DNA of 26,220 nucleotides. Source: a virus. Taxonomy: Duplodnaviria; Caudoviricetes. The translations under genes and the position numbers were made by a program. Each line of letters starts with the position of its first letter. Positions within the stretch are counted from its first letter, which is position 1. Shown here piece by piece: positions 7,329 to 15,782 of this stretch. The stretch lies in IMG/VR virus record IMGVR_UViG_3300044820_000032, positions 1 to 26,220 of that record; one strand, 5' to 3'. The notes below the pieces were generated by a model that ran no database searches, was not told where the DNA came from, and was given only the letters and a program-made list of their open reading frames with translations.

Positions 7329-9409
7329 TGGCCGCCGCAGCCGACGACACCAAAGAACGCCAGTTCGACGACACGCCGTCCGGCTGGGCCTCGCGCTGGC
7401 GAATGGAGCTCGACGCCGCCAAGCGTTACCGGGAGAAGTTCGATCGCGAGGGCCAGGAGACCATCAAGCGCTTCCTCGACAAGCGCGAGAACCACGACAA
7501 GGAGGGCGTCCGCGTCAACGTCTACACCGCGAACGTGCAGACTCAGGAGGCGATGCTTTACGGGAAGACACCCAAGGTGGATGTTTCCCGGCGCTTCTCC
7601 GACTTCACCGACGACGGCGCCCGCGTGGCGGCCGAGATGCTCGATCGGCTGCTCAACACGGACGTTGGCCGCGACTCTGACCCCTACGCATCAGCGGTCG
7701 AGTACGCGCTCAGCGACTTCCTTCGCCCCGGCCTGGGCGTTGCTCGCGTCCGGTATGAGGTCGAGTTCGAGCCAACCGAAGGGCAGCCCGCGCAACTCGA
7801 CGAAGAGGGCAATGAGCTCGCCCCCGAAGTGCCTGAGGGCGAAGCGAAAGCCGAGGGCACGGAGCGCGTGGTCACCGAGTACTGGCACTGGCGCGACTTC
7901 CGGTGGTCGCCCTGCCGGACGTGGCACGACATGCGCTGGGAGGCCTTTCTCTCGCGGCTGTCGCGCGAGGAGTGCGTGGCGAAATTCGGCGAGGGCGTTG
8001 GCGGCCGGATCCCGATGGCCAAGGGCGGGCGCGACGTGGGTGGGGAGCCGTCCACCGGGGAGACCGATGCGGCGAAGAGCGACCCCTGGGCGCGCGCCGA
8101 GCTCTGGGAGATCTGGGACAAAGAGCACGAGTGCGTCTGGTTCTGGGCGCGCGGCATGCGGAAGGTGATCGCCCCGCAGGGCGTGGAGGTCAACGACAAC
8201 GGCAGCGTGCCAGACCCGCTCGAGCTGGAGGGCTTCTGGCCGAATCCCCGGCCGATGATGGCCAACCTGACCACCGACGCCATGCTGCCTCGGTCGGACT
8301 ACGCCTTGGTGCAGGACCTCTACCGCGAGGTCGACGACCTGTCGACGCGCATCAGCCGGCTTACCCGCGCAATGCGCCTGGTCGGCGTCTACGACAAGAC
8401 CAACGCCGGGGTACAGCGGCTCGTGCGTGAGGCCACAGAGGGCGAGATGATCGCTGTCGACAACTGGGCAAAATTCGTCGACAAGGGCGGCATCAAGGGC
8501 GCCGTCGATTGGTTGCCCCTGGAGATGATAGCGGCCGCGCTGGACAAACTCAGGGACATGCGCCGCGAGACGAAACAGATCGCGGACGAAATCAGCGGTT
8601 ACTCGGACATTGTTCGTGGCGAGCAGCAGAGCGGGCAGACCGCGACGACCAGCGCGATCGAGGCGAAGTTCGCCAGCGTGCGCCTTCAACGACGGCAAGA
8701 CGAGATCGCCAGGTTCGCGAGCGACTTGAAAAAGCTCGAGGCCGAGATCGTCTGCAAGCACTTCGAGGACCAAACCATCCTCGAGAGGTCGAACGTGATG
8801 CGGACGCCCAATGCGCAGCTCGCGCAACAAGGCCTGGCCGTCCTGCGCGACAACCTCATGCAGTACCGGATCGAGGTGAAGCCAGAGTCCATCGCGCTCA
8901 CCGACTGGGGGATCAAGAAGCAGGAGCGGACCGAGATTATCACCACTCTCGGTGGTTACTTCCAGTCGACGATCCCGTTCATCCAGATGGCCGCGGGTGC
9001 GGGGCCAGGAGCTGCGCAGGCGGCGACGAAGTTCGTCTTCACCACCGCGCAGTGGCTCATGTCCGGGATCAGGGGCGGTAGCGACCTGGAGGAGGTCTTC
9101 AGCCAGTTCATGACCCAGGTTCAGCAGATCGCCCAGAAGGCCGCTTCGCAACCTCCACAGCCTCCAGCGCCAGACCCCAATCTGGAAGCGGCGAAGGTCA
9201 AGGCACAGGCTGAGGTCGGCAAGGCGCAGGCAGGCATGCAACAGACGCAGCTTGACGCTCGGGCCCACGTGGCGAAGACGGCCATGGACCTCAAAGCGTC
9301 GCAGGCAGAACACATGATGGACATGCAGCGGCTGGAGGCCGAGCAGCGCAAGGGCGCGTTGCAACAGGTCGTCGCGGCCGTGGGCGCAAACCAAGGAGTA
9401 GTGCCATGA
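7328..9409 (+). CDS. Portal protein (podovirus type, with Gln/Ala-rich coiled-coil C-terminal extension)
   Basis: About 693 aa directly after terL with TGATG coupling; DPLELEGFWPNPRP and ISGYSDIVRG...TATTSAIE motifs; long helical C-terminus resembling a portal barrel. Confidence 0.85.
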   Translation: MAAAADDTKERQFDDTPSGWASRWRMELDAAKRYREKFDREGQETIKRFLDKRENHDKEGVRVNVYTANVQTQEAMLYGKTPKVDVSRRFSDFTDDGARVAAEMLDRLLNTDVGRDSDPYASAVEYALSDFLRPGLGVARVRYEVEFEPTEGQPAQLDEEGNELAPEVPEGEAKAEGTERVVTEYWHWRDFRWSPCRTWHDMRWEAFLSRLSREECVAKFGEGVGGRIPMAKGGRDVGGEPSTGETDAAKSDPWARAELWEIWDKEHECVWFWARGMRKVIAPQGVEVNDNGSVPDPLELEGFWPNPRPMMANLTTDAMLPRSDYALVQDLYREVDDLSTRISRLTRAMRLVGVYDKTNAGVQRLVREATEGEMIAVDNWAKFVDKGGIKGAVDWLPLEMIAAALDKLRDMRRETKQIADEISGYSDIVRGEQQSGQTATTSAIEAKFASVRLQRRQDEIARFASDLKKLEAEIVCKHFEDQTILERSNVMRTPNAQLAQQGLAVLRDNLMQYRIEVKPESIALTDWGIKKQERTEIITTLGGYFQSTIPFIQMAAGAGPGAAQAATKFVFTTAQWLMSGIRGGSDLEEVFSQFMTQVQQIAQKAASQPPQPPAPDPNLEAAKVKAQAEVGKAQAGMQQTQLDARAHVAKTAMDLKASQAEHMMDMQRLEAEQRKGALQQVVAAVGANQGVVP

Positions 9410-9606
9410 CAAACGAGGAGGTCCTGTGGCGCATCAGTCATTTCGGCCAATCCGAGCTCACCGAGGCGGTTCAGGCGCTCATCCGTACATCGGATAAGCA
9501 CTCAATGAGCGCCAAGGATGCGCAGTCGAGGTGCGCCGTCCTTGAGGCAGAGCTCTCCGCCGCTCGGGCCGCGCTGACCACTTCGGTTGAGGCCACAAAG
9601 GAGTAG
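9406..9606 (+). CDS. Small coiled-coil hypothetical protein
   Basis: AAGGAG RBS; ATGA overlap with the portal stop. Confidence 0.7.
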   Translation: MTNEEVLWRISHFGQSELTEAVQALIRTSDKHSMSAKDAQSRCAVLEAELSAARAALTTSVEATKE

Positions 9607-9607
9607 C

Positions 9608-10138
9608 GTGGGCGACTTCGTCTCCAACCCCACGCGCATGCTCGACGCGACAACGCCTTTGACCAGGGACATCGCGGAAGCGTGCCTAGATCTCCGAGCC
9701 GCGTTGACGGCGGGGACAGTAACGGCCAGAGCCTTTTGTGCTACAGCGCAATCGCTCACAAACGGAGCAGGAACAAACATAGCGTTTCTGACCACGTCTT
9801 GGGATCCCCAGAATACGATATCCAATGGCGGCGGGTACATGGTGTGGACCGCACCGTACAGTGGGTATTATCTGGTGACCAGCGCGGTTAGCATTTCGTC
9901 GTCGGGCACGGGGGAGGCGCTGATCGGCCTGATACAGACCGGCAGTTCCACCGCAGGCAGAGGGGGAAGCAGAATCCCACTGTCCGCCGCCCTCAGGTCT
10001 TTGAGTGTGTGCGCAATATTGAGCTGTGCAGTTGGGGATACGGTTCGTGTGTCTGTTTACCAGAACACCGGAGTAGCTCAGGCGCTAGAATTGGATACGA
10101 CAGGGAACAAGCATTATTTCGAGGTCGCCAAACTGTGA
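9608..10138 (+). CDS. C1q/TNF-like domain protein (putative trimeric fibre or receptor-binding head)
   Basis: GTG 9608 after AAGGAG; WTAPYSGYYLVTSAV and SLSVCAILSCAVGDTVRVSVYQ match the C1q pattern FTAPxxGxY...SxSxxLxLxxGDxV; visibly lower GC. Confidence 0.75.
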   Translation: MGDFVSNPTRMLDATTPLTRDIAEACLDLRAALTAGTVTARAFCATAQSLTNGAGTNIAFLTTSWDPQNTISNGGGYMVWTAPYSGYYLVTSAVSISSSGTGEALIGLIQTGSSTAGRGGSRIPLSAALRSLSVCAILSCAVGDTVRVSVYQNTGVAQALELDTTGNKHYFEVAKL

Positions 10139-10148
10139 AAGGGCAATC

Positions 10149-10436
10149 ATGACCGTACGCATACAGGAGACTTCCCTCGGTGGAGTGATGCCGGATCCCA
10201 ATGTTGCTGGCCAATGGAACTATCAGTTTATGCTGCTGGCGTGTGGACCGGAGGTCACGGGTACAGACTGGGGTGTCGTTACCGCAGGTGTGTTCACTCC
10301 GCTCACGCCCACGGACACCCTGGCCACCTTCGAAGCGCGGCGGGCAGCCAATGCGCGGGCGTGGCTCTTGAGCCTATACCCCACCGCTTCCATCCCGGCC
10401 ACCGGCGTGGCCTTGTTGTCCTACAAACTAATGTAA
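10149..10436 (+). CDS. Hypothetical protein
   Basis: ATG after AAGGG; fills the space between neighbouring genes. Confidence 0.65.
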   Translation: MTVRIQETSLGGVMPDPNVAGQWNYQFMLLACGPEVTGTDWGVVTAGVFTPLTPTDTLATFEARRAANARAWLLSLYPTASIPATGVALLSYKLM

Positions 10437-10449
10437 AAGGAGACGCACA

Positions 10450-10692
10450 ATGCCCAGCATGACCCAGAAGCAGCACGACGCGATGGAAGCGGCGGCACAT
10501 GGAAAGTCCAACATCGGCATCCCGAAGAAGGTCGGCCAGGACTTCGCGAAGGCGGACGCGGGGAAGAAGTTCTCGACCGAGGCCATGGCGAACGCCCTGC
10601 GGAAGCGCAAGCAGCCGGTCGAGGATCCCGAGGAAGAGGCGATGAAGCGCGGCGGGTACAGCCGGAGCGGCGGCGGGGTGGGGAGCGGGTAA
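10450..10692 (+). CDS. Small conserved phage head-module protein
   Basis: AAGGAG RBS; MPSxxxKQHxxMEAAAH...GIPxxVGxxFxxAD resembles a recurrent small phage protein. Confidence 0.8.
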   Translation: MPSMTQKQHDAMEAAAHGKSNIGIPKKVGQDFAKADAGKKFSTEAMANALRKRKQPVEDPEEEAMKRGGYSRSGGGVGSG

Positions 10693-11198
10693 TGGCTCGC
10701 GGTATGGCGGCGGGTGAACCGATTGTCTCCCAGGCGCAGACGAAGGCCTGGGACGAGAATTTCGACGGCACCTTCGGCGAGCCGAGCAAGGAGCGCGGCC
10801 GGTTCGTCTGGGACGATGTCCAGCAGAAGCTCGTGCGGCCCGGGGAGCAGACCCAGCGGCGCGCCATCGATGCACCGGTGATGGCCGGCCGGTTCTACGA
10901 GGGCGCGGTGGCCACGGATGGCACGGACATCGGGACCCGGGCGAAGCGCGAGGCGTACATGCGCAAGCACGGGCTCGCCGACGCCGATGATTTCAAGGGA
11001 GCCTACGAGCAGCGGGCCCGGGAGAAGGCGCAGCTCTTCACCGAGGGCTTCGCGGGCGAGGCGGACAAGAAACGCCAGGTCGAGGCTGGGCAACGCGCGC
11101 TCGGGGAGATCGTTGAGATGCGCCAGGCGGACTATGACCGCCTGAGGGCGAAGCGGGAAGAGGCACGTAGGCGACGGGGCAAGGGATTCACGCCGTAG
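10692..11198 (+). CDS. Hypothetical protein preceding the scaffold gene
   Basis: TAATG coupling; DGTDIGTRAKREAYMRKHGL resembles genes found between portal and scaffold in related phages. Confidence 0.75.
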   Translation: MARGMAAGEPIVSQAQTKAWDENFDGTFGEPSKERGRFVWDDVQQKLVRPGEQTQRRAIDAPVMAGRFYEGAVATDGTDIGTRAKREAYMRKHGLADADDFKGAYEQRAREKAQLFTEGFAGEADKKRQVEAGQRALGEIVEMRQADYDRLRAKREEARRRRGKGFTP

Positions 11199-11218
11199 AG
11201 TACGCACAGGGAGAACAC

Positions 11219-12403
11219 ATGGCTGTCCAAGACGAAGACGAGGTCGAGGGGACCGACAGCGGCGAAGCCGAACTTTCGCGGCGAGAGGTGACGGAGCGGG
11301 CGTTTGACTCGCTCGCGGACGGAGACGCCGGTGAGCCGCCGGTCCGGCCCGAGCCAGTAGAGGGCGAGACCCAGGCGCAGCGGGACGAACGGGCCCGGGA
11401 CGAGTCGGGCCGGTTCGCCAAGGCGCCGAAGGACGAGCCGAAGATCAAGGCCAAGCCCCGCCAGGAAGCGGCCCCTGCGAAGCCACAGATTGCTCCTGCG
11501 GCGCGAGAGCCGGTTGCGCCGGCTCCTGGGGTCCAGCCCTCAGCGAAAGCCCCGCAGAGCTGGAAGCCGGCGGCGCGGGAGCGCTTCGCGAGCCTGCCCC
11601 CGGACATCCAGGAGGAGATCCTCCGAGTCAACCGGGAGACCACCAAGGTCCTTCAGGAGAACGCCCAGCTTCGACAGAGCGGCGGCGCCTTCGAGGCGCA
11701 GGTGCGGCCCTATGAGGCCACGATCCGCTCGAGCGGCATGGAGCCCGCGGCCTACGTGGGCAGCCTGCTGCAGACGGTTCACGCGCTGACCTACGGACCG
11801 CCGCACGCCCAGGCGGACACTCTCGCCGCGGTGGTGGCGCAGTATGGCGCGCATCTGCTGCAGCCCGACCGGCAGGAGCCGGATGGCTCATTCACCTCGC
11901 CGCTGGTCCGTGCGCTCGCGGCGCGTCTCCAGGGACGGCAGGGCGCGCAGCCCGCGCCCCAGGGGCAGGCGCAGCAACAGCAGCAATTCCGCGACCCGCG
12001 GATCGACCAGATGCTTGCAGAGCGGGCCTCGCAGATCGAGAGCTCGGCACAGGAGCGTTCCCAGGCCTTCCGGGCGTCGCACGAGTTCGCAGATGACGTG
12101 GCGGACGGCGTGGCGGACATCCTCGACCTCTGGGCGAAGCAGGGGAAAAGGGAGGTTTCCGCCGCCGACATGGAACGCGCGTATACTATCGCTTGCCAGT
12201 CTCATCCCGACGTTGCTCCGGTCTTTGAGCAACGTCGGGCAGCAGAATTGGCAGCGAAGGCGCGAGCCTCAACGCAGCGGTCCAGGGCGGCGGCGGTCAG
12301 CATTCGCAGTAGGCCCGCGGTGGAAGCACCCAGAGAAAAGGGCAAGCTCAATCCCCGGGAGATCACAGAACAGGCCTTCGACGACATTTCAGGCCGGGTG
12401 TAG
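11219..12403 (+). CDS. Capsid scaffolding protein (putative)
   Basis: Acidic, disordered N-terminus with RDESGRFAK, APQSWK and coiled coils; lies directly upstream of the capsid gene; ACAGGGAGA RBS. Confidence 0.8.
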   Translation: MAVQDEDEVEGTDSGEAELSRREVTERAFDSLADGDAGEPPVRPEPVEGETQAQRDERARDESGRFAKAPKDEPKIKAKPRQEAAPAKPQIAPAAREPVAPAPGVQPSAKAPQSWKPAARERFASLPPDIQEEILRVNRETTKVLQENAQLRQSGGAFEAQVRPYEATIRSSGMEPAAYVGSLLQTVHALTYGPPHAQADTLAAVVAQYGAHLLQPDRQEPDGSFTSPLVRALAARLQGRQGAQPAPQGQAQQQQQFRDPRIDQMLAERASQIESSAQERSQAFRASHEFADDVADGVADILDLWAKQGKREVSAADMERAYTIACQSHPDVAPVFEQRRAAELAAKARASTQRSRAAAVSIRSRPAVEAPREKGKLNPREITEQAFDDISGRV

Positions 12404-12422
12404 CAGCAGAGCAGAGCGGTAG

Positions 12423-12546
12423 AGCGAGAGCCATACCAGGCCAACTCGCTTCGATGGAAGGGCCCCCGTGACGGGGCGCGGTCCGAGCGACACAGGGTCG
12501 CCAACGCGCAAAGGTCACGTCATCGAAGTTTGAGGAGACTTTCGGT
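12423..12546 (+). promoter_or_regulatory. Putative structured 5' leader of the major capsid gene
   Basis: Several complementary pairs within a 143-nt intergenic gap (CTTCGATG/CATCGAAG, CCCCG/CGGGG, GCGAC/GTCGC, GCGCG/CGCGC), ending just before the GAGGAG RBS. Confidence 0.45.
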
Positions 12547-13512
12547 ATGGCTTTCCCCAACGTGACGGATCTCGTCGCGACTACCATCGAGTACCGCGGC
12601 GGGGAAATCAGGGACAACGTTACGGCGAACAACGCCGCATTGACCCAGATGAAGGAGTCGGACCGCATCGAGGAGATCTCGGGCGGCGTCGTGATCTTCG
12701 AGGAGATCTCGTTCCAGGCGAACGGCAACGCCATGTGGTACAGCGGACAGGACCTCCTGTCCGTGGCCGCACAGGACGTGATCACCGCGGCTCAGTTCCC
12801 CTGGAAACAGGCGGCCTGCGCCGTGATCGTCACCGGCCTGGAGAAGATCCAGAACTCCGGCAAACAGGCGATCATCGACCTCGTCACCGGCCGTGTCGGA
12901 GTGGCGAAGGCCTCGATGGCCAACCTGATCGCCCAGGGCCTCTACTCGGACGGCACTCTCCAGGGCGGAAAGAGCATCAACGGTCTGGGGACGGCGGTCG
13001 TCGCGGCTCCCTCGAGCGGCGTCTACGGCTCGATCGACCCGGCGCAGTGGCCTTTCTGGCGCAACCAGACCGGTGGACCTGGCTCGGGCGGCACCACCGC
13101 GAGCAACGTCCAGGGCTACTTCAACACGCTCTACGCGAAGTGCTCGCGTGGCAAGAATCAGCCGAATCTGATTCTGGCGGACGGCAACGTTTACGGAGCG
13201 TTTGAGGCGTCACTGCAAGCCCTCCAGCGCTTCAACGAGGCCAAGCTCGGGTCCCTCGGTTTCCAGGGATACCGCTACAAGAACGCGGACGTGATCCTGG
13301 ACGGCGGAATCGGCGGCTTCTGCCCCACTTGGGTCGCGTATTTCCTCAACACCGACTTCCTCAAGTACCGGCCGAGCTCCGAGCGCAACATGGTCACGCT
13401 CTCCCCCGAGAATCGGTACGCGCTCAACCAGGACGTGTCTGCCACCGTGCTGGCGTGGGCGGGCAACATGACCTGCTCGGGCCGCATGTTCCAGGGCTAC
13501 TACAACGGGTAA
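12547..13512 (+). CDS. Major capsid protein (HK97 fold expected)
   Basis: 321 aa after the scaffold; strong RBS; very high GC3; N-terminus TDLVATTIEYRGGEIRDNVTANNA and YFLNTDFL...LAWAGNMTCS...QG ending recognisable as a widespread environmental phage MCP family. Confidence 0.88.
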   Translation: MAFPNVTDLVATTIEYRGGEIRDNVTANNAALTQMKESDRIEEISGGVVIFEEISFQANGNAMWYSGQDLLSVAAQDVITAAQFPWKQAACAVIVTGLEKIQNSGKQAIIDLVTGRVGVAKASMANLIAQGLYSDGTLQGGKSINGLGTAVVAAPSSGVYGSIDPAQWPFWRNQTGGPGSGGTTASNVQGYFNTLYAKCSRGKNQPNLILADGNVYGAFEASLQALQRFNEAKLGSLGFQGYRYKNADVILDGGIGGFCPTWVAYFLNTDFLKYRPSSERNMVTLSPENRYALNQDVSATVLAWAGNMTCSGRMFQGYYNG

Positions 13513-13538
13513 CCGTTTACTGAAAGGAAAGGACTGAC

Positions 13539-14258
13539 ATGGCTATCGTAAGCGGCGCATCCCGGTACCAGTTCGTCGACCAGAAGCTTGGTCTGACGAG
13601 CGGCCCCGCGGCTTTCCCTCCTCTCGGCGCCTCGCAGTGGGCACCGGGCACGGTCTATCCTGCCAAGGCGACCGTGGTGAACGGAGGGTTCATCTTCAAC
13701 ACGACCGCGGGCGGAACCTCCGCTGCAGCCGTCGCGGTTGGTCCGACCCCCAACGGACTCACCGACAACAGCGTGACGTGGGTGCTCGGCGGCCCTCTCG
13801 CTGGCCCCTGCCAGATCGACGCGGCACAGACCCAGGAGCTCGGATACCAGGCGATCGCCAAGGATCTCGGCCCCAACGCGTTCGGCATGGCCCAGCTCAT
13901 CTACGTCGCCTTCACTGGGACCACGGTCGCCGGGGATTTCGTCATCATCGACCAGTACAACATGACGGCGGCCCAGGCCGCGCAGGGCGCCCGAGGTCTC
14001 GTGGGCGTGTCGATGGGCGCTGGTGCCAGCGGCAAGTACGGCTGGGTGATGATCTTCGGGGTCCACGACTCCGCGAACGCGCTGAACGGCGCGTCGACGA
14101 TCAACACCATCGCGTACATATCGACGACTGCGGGTCGCGTCTACACCACGGCGCACTCGACGGACGGCGTCCCCGGCGTCGTGATCAAGGTCACCGGCGA
14201 TGCGCAGAACCGCGGTGCCGTCTACCTCAACTGGGCGTGCGCTGCCGGTAACCCGTAA
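13539..14258 (+). CDS. Capsid decoration/cement-like protein with a CBM5/12-like insert
   Basis: Directly after the MCP; Gly/Ala/Thr-rich; ELGYQAIAKD...QLIYV and KYGWVMIFG motifs; the insert begins WAPGTVYPAKATVVNGG. Confidence 0.65.
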   Translation: MAIVSGASRYQFVDQKLGLTSGPAAFPPLGASQWAPGTVYPAKATVVNGGFIFNTTAGGTSAAAVAVGPTPNGLTDNSVTWVLGGPLAGPCQIDAAQTQELGYQAIAKDLGPNAFGMAQLIYVAFTGTTVAGDFVIIDQYNMTAAQAAQGARGLVGVSMGAGASGKYGWVMIFGVHDSANALNGASTINTIAYISTTAGRVYTTAHSTDGVPGVVIKVTGDAQNRGAVYLNWACAAGNP

Positions 14259-14272
14259 CAGGCTGTTTCACT

Positions 14273-14320
14273 GGACCGGAGGGTGCTTCTCCCTGGCCCT
14301 CCGGTCCTTCACAGGGAGAA
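14273..14320 (+). promoter_or_regulatory. 11-bp hairpin whose loop is complementary to the downstream RBS
   Basis: GGACCGGAGGG (14273-83) pairs with CCCTCCGGTCC (14297-307); the loop segment TTCTCCCTG (14287-95) pairs with CAGGGAGAA (14312-20). Confidence 0.65.
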
Positions 14321-14324
14321 ACGC

Positions 14325-15032
14325 ATGGCTTTCGAGGATCCGCAGGCGAGACGGCAGATGGAAGGGTGGAACGAGGCTTGGGCTCGGGACGGCAAGTGCC
14401 GGGTGATGTTTCACAAACAGTTGGTGCTCGATGAGCGCCGCACGTCCGGTTACACCGAGGAGAAGGAGATCCTGAACGACGATGGGTCGGTCCGGATCGA
14501 GAAGAAACGATTCCCTGGCGAGGGCCGACCAATCTACAAAGAGGTCGACTTCGTGAAGAAATTCACTCCCGGAGACCCCACGAACATCGTCGACCGAGAG
14601 GTCTGGCCGATCGATCGGGAGGAGTATCCGAACGAGTGGGCCGCCTACCTGGCCGGCAAGGACCAGGGCGTGAGCGGCACTCCCCTCGAGATGCTGCCCG
14701 GGATCACGGCCGCCCGCATCGAGGAATTCAAGCACTTCCCCGGTGCGCCGATTCGCACCATCGAGGATCTCGCGGGCCTCGCGGACGTTCACGCACAGAA
14801 GTTCCTCGGGTTCAACGAGGACCGCCAGAGGGCGCGCGACTGGCTGTCCATGGCTCAGCGTGCGGCTCCCGTGACGGAGATGCGGCAGGAGCTTGCCGAG
14901 CGCGACGCCCGGATCAAGTCGCAAGCCGAGCAGATGCAGGAGCTCCAGAAGCAGGTCTCCGAGATGAAGGCGATGCTGGACTCGGCAACTCGACCCGAGG
15001 CCCCGAAGACCTCGAACGCTCGCAGGGGGTGA
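14325..15032 (+). CDS. Conserved phage head-module protein with C-terminal coiled coil
   Basis: ATG 14325 after ACAGGGAGA; GRPIY...PGDPTNIVDR...YPNEWAAY...GTPL...TIEDLA pattern; heptad C-terminus. Confidence 0.8.
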   Translation: MAFEDPQARRQMEGWNEAWARDGKCRVMFHKQLVLDERRTSGYTEEKEILNDDGSVRIEKKRFPGEGRPIYKEVDFVKKFTPGDPTNIVDREVWPIDREEYPNEWAAYLAGKDQGVSGTPLEMLPGITAARIEEFKHFPGAPIRTIEDLAGLADVHAQKFLGFNEDRQRARDWLSMAQRAAPVTEMRQELAERDARIKSQAEQMQELQKQVSEMKAMLDSATRPEAPKTSNARRG

Positions 15033-15035
15033 CCC

Positions 15036-15782
15036 GTGGCCTACGCGCAGGCGGGACTGATTCTCAATAGGGCAGCCGCTCAGCTCGGATTGCTCGGGGT
15101 TGCTCCCGCCTCTGCGCCTGATCCGTTCGCGTCGTCGGACCCGAACTTCGTACAACTCTGCGAGCTCCTCTCCACGGGCGGTGACGATCTCAATATAGAG
15201 CACGACTGGCCGCAGCTCCGGAAGGAGTTCACGGCTACGACCGTGCAGGGACAGAGCACCTATCCGCTCCCGTCCGACTTTCACGAGATGATCGATCAAA
15301 GCGGGTGGAACAGGAGCTCGCGCCTGCCCCTCATTGGCCCGCTCAGCCCTCAGGAGTGGCAGTATCTCAAGGCTCGCTCGCTCGGGATGTACATCACCGT
15401 CGTGTTTCGCCTCGACAGCGAGTCCGTCCTTGAGATCAATCCCTCCGTTCCCGTTCCGGTTGGAACGCTCATTGCCTTTGAGTATATCTCCGCGTATTGG
15501 GTGCAATCGAGCGGCGCGCCGAACCCGGACAAGGCGTACCCTTCGGCGGCGACCGATTCGATTCTCTACGATCCCGACCTGGTGATTTCCAGGCTGAAGC
15601 TGATGTGGCTCACAGAGAAGGGGTTTGACACGCAGAAGGCTCAGGAGTCCTACGACGCCAAGCTTGAGCACTGCATCGGGAAGAGCACCGGCGCTCCCAC
15701 GCTCAACCTGGTTGGCCCCGCCACCGCCGTCGATCGGTTCATCGACAACGCCAACCTACCCTTGACGGGGTTCGGAACGTAA
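15036..15782 (+). CDS. Head-to-tail adaptor (P22 gp4 / tail tubular A-like, putative)
   Basis: GTG start; YPLPSDF...WNR...GPLSPQEWQYLK...FEYIS motifs; size and position before the nozzle gene. Confidence 0.7.
   Translation: MAYAQAGLILNRAAAQLGLLGVAPASAPDPFASSDPNFVQLCELLSTGGDDLNIEHDWPQLRKEFTATTVQGQSTYPLPSDFHEMIDQSGWNRSSRLPLIGPLSPQEWQYLKARSLGMYITVVFRLDSESVLEINPSVPVPVGTLIAFEYISAYWVQSSGAPNPDKAYPSAATDSILYDPDLVISRLKLMWLTEKGFDTQKAQESYDAKLEHCIGKSTGAPTLNLVGPATAVDRFIDNANLPLTGFGT

Noticed and set aside
7691-9412. 573-aa minus-strand ORF, and similar long antisense ORFs at 5958-6899, 14268-15671 and 19248-20381
   Set aside because: They mirror well-supported plus-strand genes. High GC3 bias suppresses antisense stops, and the products lack recognisable motifs.
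12404-12546. tRNA or hammerhead ribozyme in the pre-capsid gap
   Set aside because: No T-loop GTTCRA or cloverleaf and no CTGANGA/GAAA core was found by eye. It is retained only as a generic structured leader.
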